Counted from the first letter of the stretch, positions 26,367-40,554 are shown. The stretch is 64,000 nucleotides of DNA from Negaprion brevirostris (GCA_030324005.1 JARDVH010000106.1:54426341-54490340), one strand, 5' to 3'. Notes: generated by a model from the sequence alone, not told the origin. Translations and numbers: made by a program.

Positions 26367-27999
26367 TGATCATGAAAGTGATTCAAATACAAACAGTATA
26401 TACTTGAGATTTGTCTTATTCAGCTGGTTGGTTTTGGACATTGAGGTTACATGCAAGCTGGAGCTGTGATTTTAGCTGAGTGTTATGCCCTAAGTTGCTA
26501 CAGTCTTGTTATTCATTATCCAGAAGCTGTTATTCATTATCTAGAAGCAGCTTTGTGTAAAGCATGCCTAAACAACAGGAACTCTATTATTCCAGTCACT
26601 GAATTTGGGTTTTCTGCTTAATGTAGTTGCAGTTGTGGTTGAAAGTATGAAGGTTCATGTAATAGATTACATAGAATTTTGGAGTTTGCAAAACAGAGTA
26701 TGTTTTAGATCTCAGGTATAGAGTAGGACAATTATGGTTGGTGACAGGAACAAACAAATATTTAGCATATTTGTATATAAACCCTTTGTCCAAAGTTCAA
26801 ACACAGACATTAATCAGCATTATAAATGGTTTAATACCTCCTTTAAAGCAGCAAATAATGTCTATTGATGACTCCTAGTGATATCTTTTAGGCTGTGAAT
26901 TTAAGATATTTTAATTTACAAAGGACAAAATGAAAAGTTTACAAGTTCGCACTTCTAGTTCAAAACATCTCACTCACACAGCATGCAGCAGGAACTCAGA
27001 AGGCAAAGATCATTGAGTACTATAGGATCTTTCATCCATTTCACCAAATTTTCTGAAAGATCTGATGACTTCCAAGCCTTTGGCACATGAAGCTTTGTGC
27101 TTACAAGCACAGTAAAAGTTGTAGAATTGTCCTTAGGCCACTATAGCATGTTGCTTAAAATATAAAATGCAATTAGAGTGATATCACCAGATATGAAACA
27201 GGAAAAGAAGCAGATTTTTTGTGCCCACCTGGAATACCCCTGGAGGATCTGCATACACCTGATGTGAGGTCTATACTAAATTGGAGAGCAACACAATTGA
27301 TTTGGGCTTGCACTTTTGAAATATTTTGGTCCTGGGCATTCTTGTTTATTTGACCATATAAGGTTTAAGTGACAGTTGTCTTTTTGGTTGATATTTGGCA
27401 AACAGGTCTTGGCTTTAAAAATGCTTACTCTCATTTCACAGAATCAAGATATGATTACACACTGTGTATGCCCATTTAATCCATTTTGTCTGTACTCAAG
27501 AAGCAATTAGGCTTTACAACTCGGCAGAGATCACAATGTAAAATGCCCATTCCCATTCCAGCTACTGTTAAGAAATGATTACCAGGGTAAACTCTGTTGG
27601 GCTTTCAAAGCACATTTCATGAAAGCCCTAAGGGTGGCATTACACAAACAGAATCACCTCATGAAAATATATCGCACATTAACAAAGCTAACTGTAGTAC
27701 ACAAATACATGCCAATAGGGTGCATTCATTTAGATAAAATTACACCAATCAGTAAAGCAAGTTGTTGCATTTTACAAGTACTGACATGGAATTTTCATTC
27801 CAAATTTATTGCTCTGTTCTTGAAGGGTTATCTCCATTCTCTAACCAATTCTAAATATGTGGTTGATATGTGTCATCAATAAATATATGGTTTTCTCTTG
27901 AAGCTTTGTTCATTATGGAAAATTGAAAGCAATAAACAGATAATTCAATTTGTTGTCTGCAAGGCCTAAGGCAAAACAGAGCCTGGAAAAATGTACCTC

Positions 28000-28350
28000 C
28001 CAGTCCTTGTTGCAAAATCTGTTGGGTCACAGGGTGGGGGAGGTATTAGAAACATTAGCAGACTTTGGTTATCATTCTTGTCCTTAAACATTTTCACTTG
28101 TCCGTTTCATTCTATGCAGCTACCAACCTTATTTGAACTTCACTTTCTCTCCAAGTTCCCCAGATGCAGCAAGCTCAGTGCCCAGCTCTTGCAAATCTCT
28201 TTTTCAAATCCCTTCAGGCTGGCTGCCACTGTGTTAATGACATCAAGACTGCCTAGAGTCATGAATGATATCCTCCTGGTTGCAGCCTCTGATACCAATT
28301 CCTTCAGACACTCCAACAAGTTCAAATCTTGTCTACCCAGTTCCATCCCA
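28000..28350 (+). mobile_element. L2-type LINE RT remnant
   Basis: LHFLSK...RVMNDILL resemble L2 RT motifs LPFLSK and KVTNDILL. Confidence 0.55.
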
Positions 28351-28369
28351 TATGATGGGGGACGGTGGA

Positions 28370-29735
28370 GGCAGGGATTTTCTGCCCCAATTTTCAGCAG
28401 GCAGGAAGAGCCTGAGGGGACAGAGAATCCAAAAGGAGTCACAGCATGGCTTTTATACCAGCAGGATTTCCCTGCCCTTGGGAATTATGTAATGGGTTCC
28501 ACCATGATAGGTCTGTAATGCTGTTAACATTCATTTGCATCCCTTAGCGTTCATGTCGAGAGAGCTAGAATACAAGAGCAGGGATGAACTTCTAAGGCTG
28601 TATAAGCTCTGGTCAGATCCCACTTGGAGTATCATGAGCAGTTTTGGGTCCCGTATCTAAGGAAGGATGTGCTGGCCTTGGAAAGGGTCCAGAGGAAAGT
28701 CACAAGAATGATCCATGGAATGAAGAGCTTGTTTTTTGAGGAACGGTTGAGGACTCTGGGTCTGTACTCGTTGGAGTTTAGAAGAATGAGGAGGGAATCT
28801 TGTTAAAACTTATAGGATATTGCGAGGCCTGCATAGAATGGATGTGGAGAGGATGTTTCCATTAGAAGGAAAAATTAGAACCAGAGGGCCCAACCTCAGG
28901 CTAAAGGGATGATCCTTTAAAACAGAGATGTGGAGGAATTTCTCCAACCAGGGAGTGGTGAATCTGTGGAACTCTTTGCCACAAAAGGCTGCGGAGGCCA
29001 GGTCATTGAGTGTCTTTAAGACAGAGATGGATATGTTCTTGATTAATAAGGGGGTCAGGGGCTATGGAGAAAAGGCAGGACAATAGGGATGAGAAAAATA
29101 TCAGCCATTATTGAATGGCTGAGCAAACTCCATTGGCTGAAAGGCCTAATTCTGCTCCTATGTCTTATGGTCTCCCTGCTGTATCATTCCCCTACCTCGG
29201 CAGGTTTATAACAGGTTTTGATGAACAGGGACCTGGTGAACAGAACCCTCTTGGGGTCACACAGGTAAATTCAACTGCCAGGGGAGAGCAATATGCACGT
29301 GTAGTACTTTGACAAAGCTGGGGTGGGGGGACTCCCATTGGAGAGCTTTGGGGTATGGGTGTCGCATGTCCATACAGGGCAGATTCCCCTGGGGGGAGGT
29401 TGATGGGTAAGTCCAGTGTCTGCATGGGGGTGGCCTGGTGAGGTTAGTGGGTGGGGGGTGGGGAAGAGTTGTTCTCCAGGGTGTCCCATGTCCATGCAGA
29501 GAGAGAGGTCCTGTGTCCATTGAAGAATATTTTGTTTTTTTAAAGGGCAGTCTTACCTGTCAGGAGCAGAGGTTGTCCACCCATCATCATGATATGCTGT
29601 GAGACCCACCCTTCCTTTCTTTTCCCCCAAGTGTTTAAAAATACAGCAGGATAACCCAGAAAGGTAGCTAGTGGGCTGCCCTCTGCTTCTCCAGCAGGAA
29701 ATAATGCTCAGGAAAAAAATCAAAAAATTCTACCC
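28370..29735. mobile_element. Harbinger-type non-autonomous element split by a CR1 insertion
   Basis: Ends ggcagggattttt ... aaaaattctaccc; G-rich interior at 29300-29520. Confidence 0.5.
28545..29172 (+). mobile_element. CR1-type LINE 3' fragment
   Basis: LEYHEQFWVPYLRKDVLALERVQRKVTRMI...LGLYSLE and tail ggcctaattctgctcctatgtcttatg. Confidence 0.9.
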
Positions 29736-30559
29736 GAAGTCCTGATCATCTATCATTCCAATCCACATTAGTGCCATTTCCTCTAACACACTAAATTTAG
29801 AATCTTTCAATAGTCTCACCCCATTCTGTGTCTGCAACTTTTTCCAGCATTGCATCTTGTCCTATATTCTTGCACTCTGATCTTTCATGCATTGCACATC
29901 TCTTCACTGTACCACTGATAGCAGAACTTTCAGTTGTCTCAACTTCATTCTCTGGAACACGTTATAAACGCGTCTACTTTTTTATGTTTTTTCCTGCTTT
30001 TCTCGACCTTTCTTGGCCAAGTCTTTGACTGAAGAAAGAAGTTGCATTTATATAGTATGTTCCACAACATCAAATTGTGCCAAAGTGTTTCCAAGTCAAT
30101 TAAGTATTTGTTTTGAAGTGTTGTCACTGTTATCACTTTCTGTGCNNNNNNNNNNNTCTCCTGCCTACCCCCCTCATGTAAAACACCTTGAGATGCTTTC
30201 CATATTAAAGGCACTATACAACTGCAAATTTTTGTGATAATCTGTTTCCGATTGTCGCATTGCGCATATTTGAAATGGTTTTGGTCTTTTTCTACTATTA
30301 CACTTGAGATTCTAGACACAGAAGCTGGAGAGGTGGACTAATCTCATACATATCCCATCAAACCCTGCAGTGAAAAAGCAATCAGTTTCTTTGATGAACC
30401 AAAGATTCAGGACAGAGTCATGTATGTTATTGAGATTCTGCACTGTGCAACTCTCAAATAGGTTTTGGAAATAATTGAATGCAGAGATATATAAAAGAGG
30501 AATTTTTTGTTAAATGGAACAGAGATACAGCATGCTGATCCAGAAAAGATAAATCAATG

Positions 30560-31100
30560 GTCTAGTTTTACAAAAACAAATAATATGCTGGGTTACGTTA
30601 ACAGAGATAGAATACAAATCAAAAGAGGTGCTTTATTACTATATAAAGGCTGGTCAGACCCCATCTGGAGAATTATCTACAGTTCTGGCCACCTATGATA
30701 AAGTACAAAGGTAAACAATAAATGTATTGTATATCAGAAGTTTAGGCTATGATGAGAAGGAAGTGGGGCTTATTTTCTTTGGACAAGAGAAGACTTCAAG
30801 GCATTTTCATTATGTCTTGTAACAATATAGATAAATACAAAATGTTGGTGGAAGTAAAATGTTTTTTTGTGGCTAAGGTTTCAAGCAACAAGGGACAAAA
30901 GTTACAAATTAGGAGTGAAGAGCAAATCAAGAATTAGGTTTTCATCCAAATAATAATAGAGCTGTCCAGTGAAGATCATTGAAGTGAACAGGAATTTGTT
31001 TATTCTCCTGAAAGAGAAGTGATTGAAGGGTATCATAAAGCATGTGACCGCTTTGTCTTTCAAAGCACAATTGAGTCTAATAGGTTTTTACTGTTCCCAT
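30560..31100 (+). mobile_element. Highly decayed CR1-type LINE fragment
   Basis: NNMLGYVNR, GLFSLDKRRLQG. Confidence 0.6.
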
Positions 31101-32919
31101 TAACTCTGATGTGAGTAAGTTTGGGTGCAATTGTCACAAATGTGTAATTATGGTATTATAGATTTTTAAGGATAACTGTTTTAATGACATATTTCTGTTT
31201 CCAAAACTTTACAATCCATTTTTAAAAAGTATTTTTCAAAATGCAAGTTTGGACAAATGACATGCTACCTTCCATGTTTAGTCAAACCTCATCAGACCCT
31301 TATGTTTGGAGCTAGGCATGAAAAGTAATTAAAAATGAAAAGACTCCTCCAAGGATGTCCATTGAATTCTAAAAGGTGTGACAAACCCCTTTATTTCTGA
31401 AGGAACAGATGATGGGAAAGAACTTCAAAGGACCGCAACATAATTAATTTCTTTGCTTGGTGGAACAATACGTAATTAAATAAACATTTCAGCCATGTTA
31501 TGTTTTAGAATTGCATAAAGTCTATTTGAAAACAGCAATTTGTGTGCAAAATCACAAGAAGAACACTGAGAAACAACATCAGAGAGGGTTCTTGCCAAAG
31601 GAGTACAAGGAGGAAGATATTAAGAAATCAACTGCTATTCTGAAACCGCAGAATTAGTGAGAAATAAGAAACCTTCTCATGCTACCAAAAATCTGAAGAC
31701 CTAAAATTCTCTCCAAATCTGTTCCCAAAGTCAAAGATGGAGATGTAGAATCCTTCTTTACTGCTTTCAGTAAAATAGACAATCAGCTACACTAACCCCA
31801 GGAAGTATGGATACTGAGGATTCGAGGTCAGTTAACAGAAAAACCCAAGAGATGTTCTCTACAATGACACCTGAAATGACCACTGAAAACAAACAGAACT
31901 ATGGATTCAATCCTGAGTTTCTATGAACTCATGCCAGAGACATATTGCAGAGCTCCCATAAACAGCCCATGCAAACGCATCTGAAATTTGATAGAGTTAG
32001 ACAGATTGCATTCGCCATTGGCCTTATTGATGTAGCTTACATGTGATGGAAGAGAATTAGTGTAATTAGCGGAGTTCGAAAGTTATCTTTCTTACAATGT
32101 TAAAATGCAGCTTGAGGAACAAAAGGTTTTATCAGCAAGGACATCTGCCATGAAATCAAGGATTATGAATTGACTCACAGACCTCTGAATCAAGGAAGCA
32201 TTGTCAAATAGTTTGTATCAACAGGGAAAGGATAAGAGGGAAGCAGAGGGAAAGGAAAAGAGAATGGGGAAACATGTGAAACCCCTTCTCAACCTTGAAA
32301 AGAAGAAATGTTAAAGGCAGAGTTTTCGGACAATGTCCTGTAGCAAACCAGGTCACACAAATGCAAAAAAAGCCACAGGCAGTATTCAAATCTCAGTCAT
32401 CATTATCGTCACAACACTTTGTGCCAATGCAAAGGAAAGCACAGCGACCTATCAGAATTTTGTATGTAAAGGAGAAATGGTCCTCTGTGGTTCCATAGGA
32501 ACAGGAAAGGAGATTAGCATTCTCTAGGATATGGGTTCTTGACAGACACTGCTGGCAGGGAGAATTAAGAATTTGCCACACAGAAACAGGACAAATTCCA
32601 AGTGATAGTCAAAGGACTGGACTTTGAGGTACAATTGGTGAAAATTCATTTAAAGAGAGAACTCGTTACTCGGCTGATGACAGTGGTTTCAATCTCAACT
32701 TGCCCATGCAGAGGGTCAACTGTCTGCTAGAAAATTATCTCATAGTCTGGAAGGTGTTATTGAATGAAGCTCAGAAGTAGTCCCGAGAGGCTGAGCAAAC
32801 TGAACTACTTCAGTAACAGGAATGTGTAAAGTTGCAGACAGCTGAAAAGACTTCAGGATCCCTTCAGAGGTAAAGGATACAACCTACGAAAGTTGGAATG
32901 GCCAGGCTAGAACCCATAA

Positions 32920-34140
32920 AATTAAACAGATAGCATCAAAGTGTAGATGAGGGTAGTACAGTTGATGAAGTTTATATGGATTTCAGCAAAGCCTTTGACA
33001 AAGTCCCACATGGGAGACTTGTAAGGAAGGTAAATGCAGATGGGATACAGGATACTTTGACAACATGGATGCAAAATTGGCTCCATTATAGGAGACAGAG
33101 GGTGATGACAGAAGGCTGCTTTAGTGACTAGAAGCCATGTCCAGTGGCATACCACAGGGATCTGTGCTGGGTCTCTTATTATTCATCATTCATATTAAAA
33201 AACTAAGTGGAGGGTAGGTTTAGTAAGTTTGTGGATGACTCAAAGATTCGCTAGGTGGTTAACAGTGAGGTTAAGTGTCTTGGGCTACAAGAAAATATAA
33301 ATGAGATGGTCAAATGGGCAGATAAGTGGCAGGTGACATTTAGCCCTGAAAAGTGTAAGGTAATACACTTTGGAAAGAGTAATTTGGCAAGGACGTATTC
33401 AATGAACAACATGACACTAGGATGTTCTGTGGAACAAAGGGATGTTGGCGTGTTTGTCAATAGATCACTGAAGGCCAAGGGCATGTTAGTAGTAGGGTGA
33501 AAAAGGCATACGGGATACTTGCCTTTATCAATGAAGGCATAGATTACAAAACAGGGAAGTCATGTTGGAGTTGTATAGAACTTTGGTGAGGCCATAGCTG
33601 GAGTACTGAATGCAGTTCTGGTAACCACATTATAGGAAGGATGTGATTATACTGAAGGGGGTGCAGGGGAAATTCAGCAGGATTCTACCAGGGATGGAAC
33701 ATTTAAGTTACGAAGAGAGGGTGGATAGGCTTGCGTTGTTTTTGTTGGAGCAGAGAAGACTGAGGGGTGACCTGATCAAGGTGTACAAGATTGAGGGGCA
33801 TGCGTAGCGTGGATATGGAGCAGCTGTTCCCTTTAGTTGAAGGTTAAATCACGAGAGGACACAGGTTCAAAGTGAGCGGCAGAAGGTTTAGAGGGATATA
33901 AGGGAAAACATTTTTGCTCAGACAATGGTGACAGTCTGGAATGCATTGCCTGGGAGGGTGGTAGAGGTGAGTTGCCTCACATCCATTAAAAAGCACCTGG
34001 ATGAGCACTTGGCATGCCATAATGTTCAAGGCTACGGGCCAAGTGCTGGTAAGTGGGATTACATGGAAGGTCAGGTGTTTCACATGTGTCGGTGCAGACT
34101 CGACTGATTGAAGGGCCTCTTCTGCACTGTATGATTCTAT
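32920..34140 (+). mobile_element. CR1-type LINE (RT to 3' tail) nested in the LTR element
   Basis: YMDFSKAFDKVPH, PQGSVLG, KFVDDSK, WADKWQVTFSPEKC, tail ctgcactgtatgattctat. Confidence 0.92.
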
Positions 34141-34334
34141 AAAAATGCATAAACATATCCAGAGACAGTGAGGGGTATGCCAAATCAATTAAAAGAGGCA
34201 GAAAGGGGATCTGTTGAATTCCCAAATCAAAATGTCCTTTGGAAGGATTGAGATCTCAAAGTATACTTAAAGGGTTAACAGCTGGCCATGAACTAATCAG
34301 CTCTGACTGTCAAGAAGTAGTTGCACACATCAGT

Positions 34335-34514
34335 GCATTTTGAGTTTCGGCTATTTTTCTCCAACACTTTAAGCCTACCCCTTAACTTGCTAATTATGCA
34401 AATGAGAAGCTAAGGGAAACTGAACCTAATGCAAACCATGACTTTGATAAAATAATTTGTGAGTTCAGGGGTAGGCTTAAAGTGTTGGAGAAAAATAACC
34501 AACGCTCAAAATGC
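34335..34514. repeat. Inverted repeat with about 63-bp arms and a 54-nt spacer
   Basis: Perfect 31-bp core tatttttctccaacactttaagcctacccct / aggggtaggcttaaagtgttggagaaaaata. Confidence 0.9.
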
Positions 34515-35889
34515 TGCATCTGTCAATTTAGCTCGAAAAGAATTAAATAAGTCCTGATCTGAATGGAATGAGGAAAACCTGAGAGATTTGAAACTATTCA
34601 AAGGACAAACCAGACAAGAGTATCAGACATTCTTGCTAAAACATGAAAAGCATCTTAATGGCACACTTGTGTCAGCAAAAAGGGACTTAGACCAAAGCAG
34701 GAATGAGTTGATGGTACAGAAGGAGGTAATTGTTAACCTTCTCACTCAAAAGGGAGAATTTAAAAGGTTTAAGTCTGGAAAGTGGACAGAAAATGCCCGC
34801 AGGTGAAGATGCAGCAATTGATTTTGCTTTAGATTTGTCTGGCACATTCTTTGAAGCATCAATAATGGAAAAGTTACAGATAGTGAGCTCAGAGAAGCTC
34901 CAAAGTTACAATCTATGCAAACTGTTGTAAAAAAAAAGGCTGGGAAAAGGGAATCTACCAGATAGAAAATAATTGGGAAATAATAGAAAAGGAAGAAGAC
35001 AATAGGAAAGTGCATTGCGTCAGTTACTGTAATGTCAAACATTTGTATATATCTTTTGTTTTCTCGTATAGGAATACATATATTTCCATTCTTTCTGGGG
35101 AGGGGAAAGATGTCACAAACATGTAATTGTGGTATTAGAGATTTTCAGCACAGTTATTTTAAAGGCACATGTCTGTTTTCAAACCTTTGCATTGAGTTTT
35201 TAAAAANNNNNNNNNNNNNNNNNNNNNNNNNNNNNNNNNNNNNNNNNNNNNNNNNNNNNNNNNNNNNNNNNNNNNNNNNNNNNNNNNNNNNNNNNNNNNN
35301 NNNNNNNNNNNNNNNNNNNNNNNNNNNNNNNNNNNNNNNNNNNNNNNNNNNNNNNNNNNNNNNNNNNNNNNNNNNNNNNNNNNNNNNNNNNNNNNNNNNN
35401 NNNNNNNNNNNNNNNNNNNNNNNNNNNNNNNNNNNNNNNNNNNNNNNNNNNNNNNNNNNNNNNNNNNNNNNNNNNNNNNNNNNNNNNNNNNNNNNNNNNN
35501 NNNNNNNNNNNNNNNNNNNNNNNNNNNNNNNNNNNNNNNNNNNNNNNNNNNNNNNNNNNNNNNNNNNNNNNNNNNNNNNNNNNNNNNNNNNNNNNNNNNN
35601 NNNNNNNNNNNNNNNNNNNNNNNNNNNNNNNNNNNNNNNNNNNNNNNNNNNNNNNNNNNNNNNNNNNNNNNNNNNNNNNNNNNNNNNNNNNNNNNNNNNN
35701 NNNNNNNNNNNNNNNNNNNNNNNNNNNNNNNNNNNNNNNNNNNNNNNNNNNNNNNNNNNNNNNNNNNNNNNNNNNNNNNNNNNNNNNNNNNNNNNNNNNN
35801 NNNNNNNNNNNNNNNNNNNNNNNNNNNNNNNNNNNNNNNNNNNNNNNNNNNNNNNNNNNNNNNNNNNNNNNNNNNNNNNNNNNNNCATT

Positions 35890-37830
35890 AACCCTTTCAG
35901 CCTCTTTTGTCTTTGTCCAAATATATTTATATTTACATACTACCCCTTCTGCCCACAAGCCTCTGACTTCATAGGTCGAAGCAGTCTGGAGATCTTGCTG
36001 ACCGTCTCCTTGTGAGGCTTGGAAGATTGGTAGTTTCACTTTGGACCTGTTTTCTTCAATTTTGTTGGTCTTCGGTAAGAATTGCAGTACCTGATGTATT
36101 GTCTATTTGACTCAGAGTATCTGGATTTCCCAAGGAATGTGCCTTCAGGGATATGTATTAAGTAAGATTGTTGATTGTCATCCCTTTGGCTGATGACACT
36201 TTCTCTGCCTGGGTTCCTTATCCACACCTTGTCTTCTTTGTCCAGCCTGAGCAGGTTTCTGGTACAACACCTCCTATTATAAGTGGAGTTTGCTGCAGGA
36301 CTGTTCTCAAATTTAACCTTCTGATAGTTCTAGGCTGTTAACCCTAAGATGAATTTCTTGTGTAGCATAGGAAACTGATACGACGCCTTCTGCCCAGCAG
36401 CAGTTCAGATGGCGATAATCCACATTGCGGTAAATTAGGCCTGTACGTTCAAAGTGCCATTGGAAATCTTCAAGTCAGTATCAATAGTGGGAAAGCCCCT
36501 TTCTGCCTCACCATTGGATTGGGGTATTGCAGGGAACTCATGAGATGCTGGAATCTGTAACTTTCAGAGAAATTGTTGAAGCAATCGTTGACAAATTGTG
36601 GGCTGTTGTCGGATACCACCTGGTCCTGAATGCCAAATGTTGCAAACCCTTCTTTCAATAATCTAATGACTAACTCTATGATCTTTGTTTGTAAATGGCT
36701 CATTTTAACCCACCTGGAAAAGCAATCAATACAATGAGGAACGATTTGTCATTGTACATAAATAGATCCATTCCCTGACGGTCCCATGGTCTGGTATAGA
36801 ACTGAGTGGGGATAAGGGGCTTCCTTTGGATTTGTTTGTGCAGTGCACATACCAGGCAGTGTGAACTCATCTTTTCAATCACTCTTGATATTTCCGACTA
36901 TGTCACTGCAGCTTGAACTTGTGCTCTGCATTCTGCAATGCCTATGTGGCCTTGGTGGATTTATCATAAAATCTCCGAGCGGAATAAATTGAGAATTCCC
37001 AACTGTCCGTCGTACACCAACAGATCATCAATTATAGTGAAATGTTTCTGTTGTTTGAAGTAAATATTCATGGTCATTTCACTGGGGCCCTGCAGTGGGC
37101 AATCTTGCCGCATCATTGGTGGATGGAGATGCATTCCTCCTCCTGCAGATGCTCTTGGCATATCTGTTGTAACTTTATGGAGCTTGCTGGCAATTGTGTT
37201 GCCACAAACTGGGAATAGGACTCAACATCGTCAATAAGATTAACATTTTGTGTTATGGGATGGCCGTACTGTGGCTCTGATTAATTTGTCTGCAGCTTGC
37301 CCTGGACATTACACTGCCTTGTAAGCAAAGCGCGTCAGTTGCAAGCAGAATCTCTGGATGCTGGGGCATTCTGGTGAGTTTCTTTTCTTCCAGCAATGAG
37401 ACTAGTGGGTTGTGGTCTGTCTCGAAGAGTTTTTTCAGTCTAGTAATGTAGTCAGAGAATTTCTCACAAACTCACATGGCTATGTGACCTTCCTTCCCCA
37501 TATACTGCATATCTCATTTCAAATAGTGCCCAGACATCTAATAGATGGGTCAATGATACCTATTCAGTTGCTCTTAAAGCAGGACTGCCCCTAGTCTTAG
37601 AGATGTGGCATCAGCTACAATTGTGGTCAATCAGGATGGGTGATAGTGAGCCAGGCTATCTGATGAGAACAGTATGCCTTTAATCTGTTTGAAAGCTGGC
37701 TTCTGCTGTGCATCCCAACAGCATGCTTGGATCTTCTCCAGTAGTTGTATCGACGACTTGAGTCATGTTTGGCAGCTGATTTACCATACCCCAGGAATAC
37801 CTGAAGATCTGGAACAGCGACGAGGTTAGA
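35890..37830 (-). mobile_element. Degenerate Gypsy pol (RNase H-integrase)
   Basis: CLVCALHK...RPWDRQGMDLF; FATFGIQDQVVSDNSPQF; IVADATS. Confidence 0.85.
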
Positions 37831-38738
37831 AATGCTGTAATAGCCTTTGTTGTTTGTTGATCTGCCAAACCCAGCTTTGACAAAGGGTCATCTGGACTCT
37901 CAACGTCAGTGCTTTTCTCTCCTTACAGATGCTAACAGTCCTGCTGAGATTTTCCAGCATTTTCTCTTTTGGTTTCAGATTCCAGCAACTGCAGTAATTT
38001 GCTTTTATCCAGTACTTTGCTGACTTGCTCATTCCCAACTTTTAAAAGCACAGTATTACCTAAATTCTGAAAACATTTGAGGGCATTTCACAAGCAGCAA
38101 AACATACTTGTAAAAGTTTCCATCTGTGAGTTCTTTTGCTTAATTTTAAAGAATATAATTATAGTAAAGGAATGTGGAGACAGGAGTAAATTTATGAATG
38201 ATATGATTATATAAAATTAAGTCTGTTGCATCCTGAACTTTTTTGTTTGCTTAATTAGTCAATGGCCTGAAGATACAATTTGAAGTGTGTTACTACTTTT
38301 GTTACAGGTTGGTGCCGTCATCACACGCCATGCTTTGAAAGGGAAGGAGATTGGGATGCTTGTGAGAGCTATTTTTAAAGGTGAACACTCAAAGATAAAT
38401 AATATTTATGCATTACTTTCCAGTTTAAAGATTCAACAGATTCCCATGTTCCACAAGCACGTGTATTTGGTTAGAATAAATGCACATTGTTAGTGTTTTG
38501 CGTGCAGAAATAAACTAGGGACACATTTTCAGCACTATAAATGTTTTAATATAGTTTTGATGACAACTGAAAATGTCTCTTACTGATTTAGTACCGGCAT
38601 TTACATTGATTAGGTAGTAAATAAATGAAAAAAAGCATAGTGATCAACCTTCCTGTTAAGAACATACAAACACATGAGCTAAGAGCAGGTGTAGACCACT
38701 CGGCTCCTTAAACAGCTAAAGTAGATCATGGCTGACCT

Positions 38739-38927
38739 AGAATCATAGAAATCCTACAGTGCAGAAGGAGGCCATTCGGCCCATCAAGTCTGCACTGACC
38801 ACAATCCCACCCAGGACCTATCCCCATATCCCTACATATTTACCTGCTAATCCCGCTAACCTCTGCATCTCATGACTCTTAAGGGCAATTTCTTTTAGCA
38901 TGGCCAATCAACCTAGCCTGCACATCT
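38739..38927 (-). mobile_element. HE1/V-SINE 3' part (runs into a gap), nested in a CR1 tail at about 38660-38738
   Basis: tagaatcatagaaatcctacagtgcagaaggaggccattcggccc tail. Confidence 0.85.
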
Positions 38928-39964
38928 NNNNNNNNNNNNNNNNNNNNNNNNNNNNNNNNNNNNNNNNNNNNNNNNNNNNNNNNNNNNNNNNNNNNNNNNN
39001 NNNNNNNNNNNNNNNNNNNNNNNNNNNAGAGGAAGAGTCCTCCACACTGAGGTTCAGTTCAGATGTGTCTCTGGTTGGAGACACAGCATGAGAAACCTTT
39101 AAAGCGAATGATGTTGCAGCATATTGAGGTTTCTGTGCAATGACTGCTTGGCAGGCGATGGTCGGATGCTTTTACAGGGACTTGAAAGATGGTGGTTGGG
39201 TGTCTGGCCAGCCAGGGAATCGTATGGAGTTCTTTCCAGTTGGTGTTTAATGAGCAGGCAGTTTATTACTTGGCTCTCACCTAAATATACAGATATCAAA
39301 ATGATCACTTGATTTGTGTGACCTCCTTCTTCCACAGTAATTTCAAAAAGAACGTGTATCTGGCATAGAGGCGTAGCTTTTGTTTTATGGCTTATAATAT
39401 CCCTGTTAGCTTCTTAACACATCACCACCCATGTTGAGGAGCTTGTTTCAGGGAGCTTTTGTCTGGGCAGATCCTGTGACTCCACTACAAGGATAAGCTT
39501 ATCAAGATGCAAATCATCTCCATTTTTCCCTCAGTAGTCGCCTTTTGAAATAGACCTGGGCATTTCCAGATGTGAGATGGGTTTCCTAATGGGGTAATGG
39601 GTTTTGATCTCTGCATGTCTCCTGGATTTGGAATTATAATTTCTTTCCAATGGGGTGTGTGGTTTCACAAGGATGGAAGGAAAGGTCTTCTCTCTCGTAG
39701 CTGCTGTAGGAAGCTTTATATGGGAAGAGTTATATGATCTGTAGCAGCAACCTATCAGTCCAGCAGGAGTTCACTTTAAAATAACAAAAAGAGAATGAAG
39801 TTTGGTGTACACAGTTTAGTTTTGACATGTCAACATGCTGACGTTCGAAGTGGGGATTCCAGTACTGGGCTATTTTTACTGCATGCACTGGAGCACCTGC
39901 TTTCCTTCCACCACATTCCTGAGCCACAGGAACCTACTCCAGTTTGTCACGCTTTTCATTTCTC

Positions 39965-40218
39965 CTTCTCACTGTGTTATTGGAACCTGGGTTTGATTCC
40001 CGGTTTGGGTCACTGTCTGTGTGAAGTCTGCACGTTCTCCCCCATGTCTGTGTGGGCTTCCTCCAGGTGCTCCGGTTTCCTCCCACAATCTGAAAGACGT
40101 GCTGGTTAGAGTACATTGGCCCGAACAGGCGCTGGAGTGTGGTGACTAATAGATTTTCACAGTAGCTTCATTGCAGTGTTAATGTAAGTCTAATTGTGAA
40201 ACTAATAAATAAACTTTA
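39965..40218 (+). mobile_element. V-SINE variant with a different 3' tail
   Basis: V domain followed by ..ttttcacagtagcttcattgcagtgttaatgtaag..taataaataaact. Confidence 0.85.
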
Positions 40219-40554
40219 ATTTAAACTATTCTGTTGTCACCATTCATACATCCTCTGACCCTACCTTTCTTTTCTTCATTTGCCCCATTGCCAATCTTTT
40301 ATCCTTTGCACTTTTCATTGACAGTGCATTAATTGACCCTCTTGTTTGTCTCCACAATGAAACTGTCCTAGTAATTTCAAAAATGTGATTCAGGGTGCAA
40401 GACAAGAGCAAATTCTTTCTCCCAAGATCACAATTCAGATGTGTCTCGAGAATTGCTTGGTGGACAATTGAGAGAACCTTAGGTTACACGAAAATATTCC
40501 TCACGTAACCCAACTCTATCTGTGTAGCTGTCAGCTGCATGTTGAATATTTTTT

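Larger units (their letters stand above)
31132..35206 (+). mobile_element. Decayed Gypsy-type LTR retrotransposon with both LTR starts visible (31132 and 35111)
   Basis: tgtcacaaatgtgtaattatggtattatagatttt versus tgtcacaaacatgtaattgtggtattagagatttt; PPT ggggaggggaaaga at 35097-35110; gag-like VPKVKDGDVESFFTAFSKI and protease-like KEISIL.DMGS. Confidence 0.75.

Noticed and set aside
27991-28518. 175-aa ORF, the longest gap-free one in the window
   Set aside because: Chance read-through of an L2 RT remnant into a DNA-transposon end.
39030-39720. Possible minus-strand non-LTR retrotransposon endonuclease remnant
   Set aside because: Only a weak SDH-like hint; too degraded to call.
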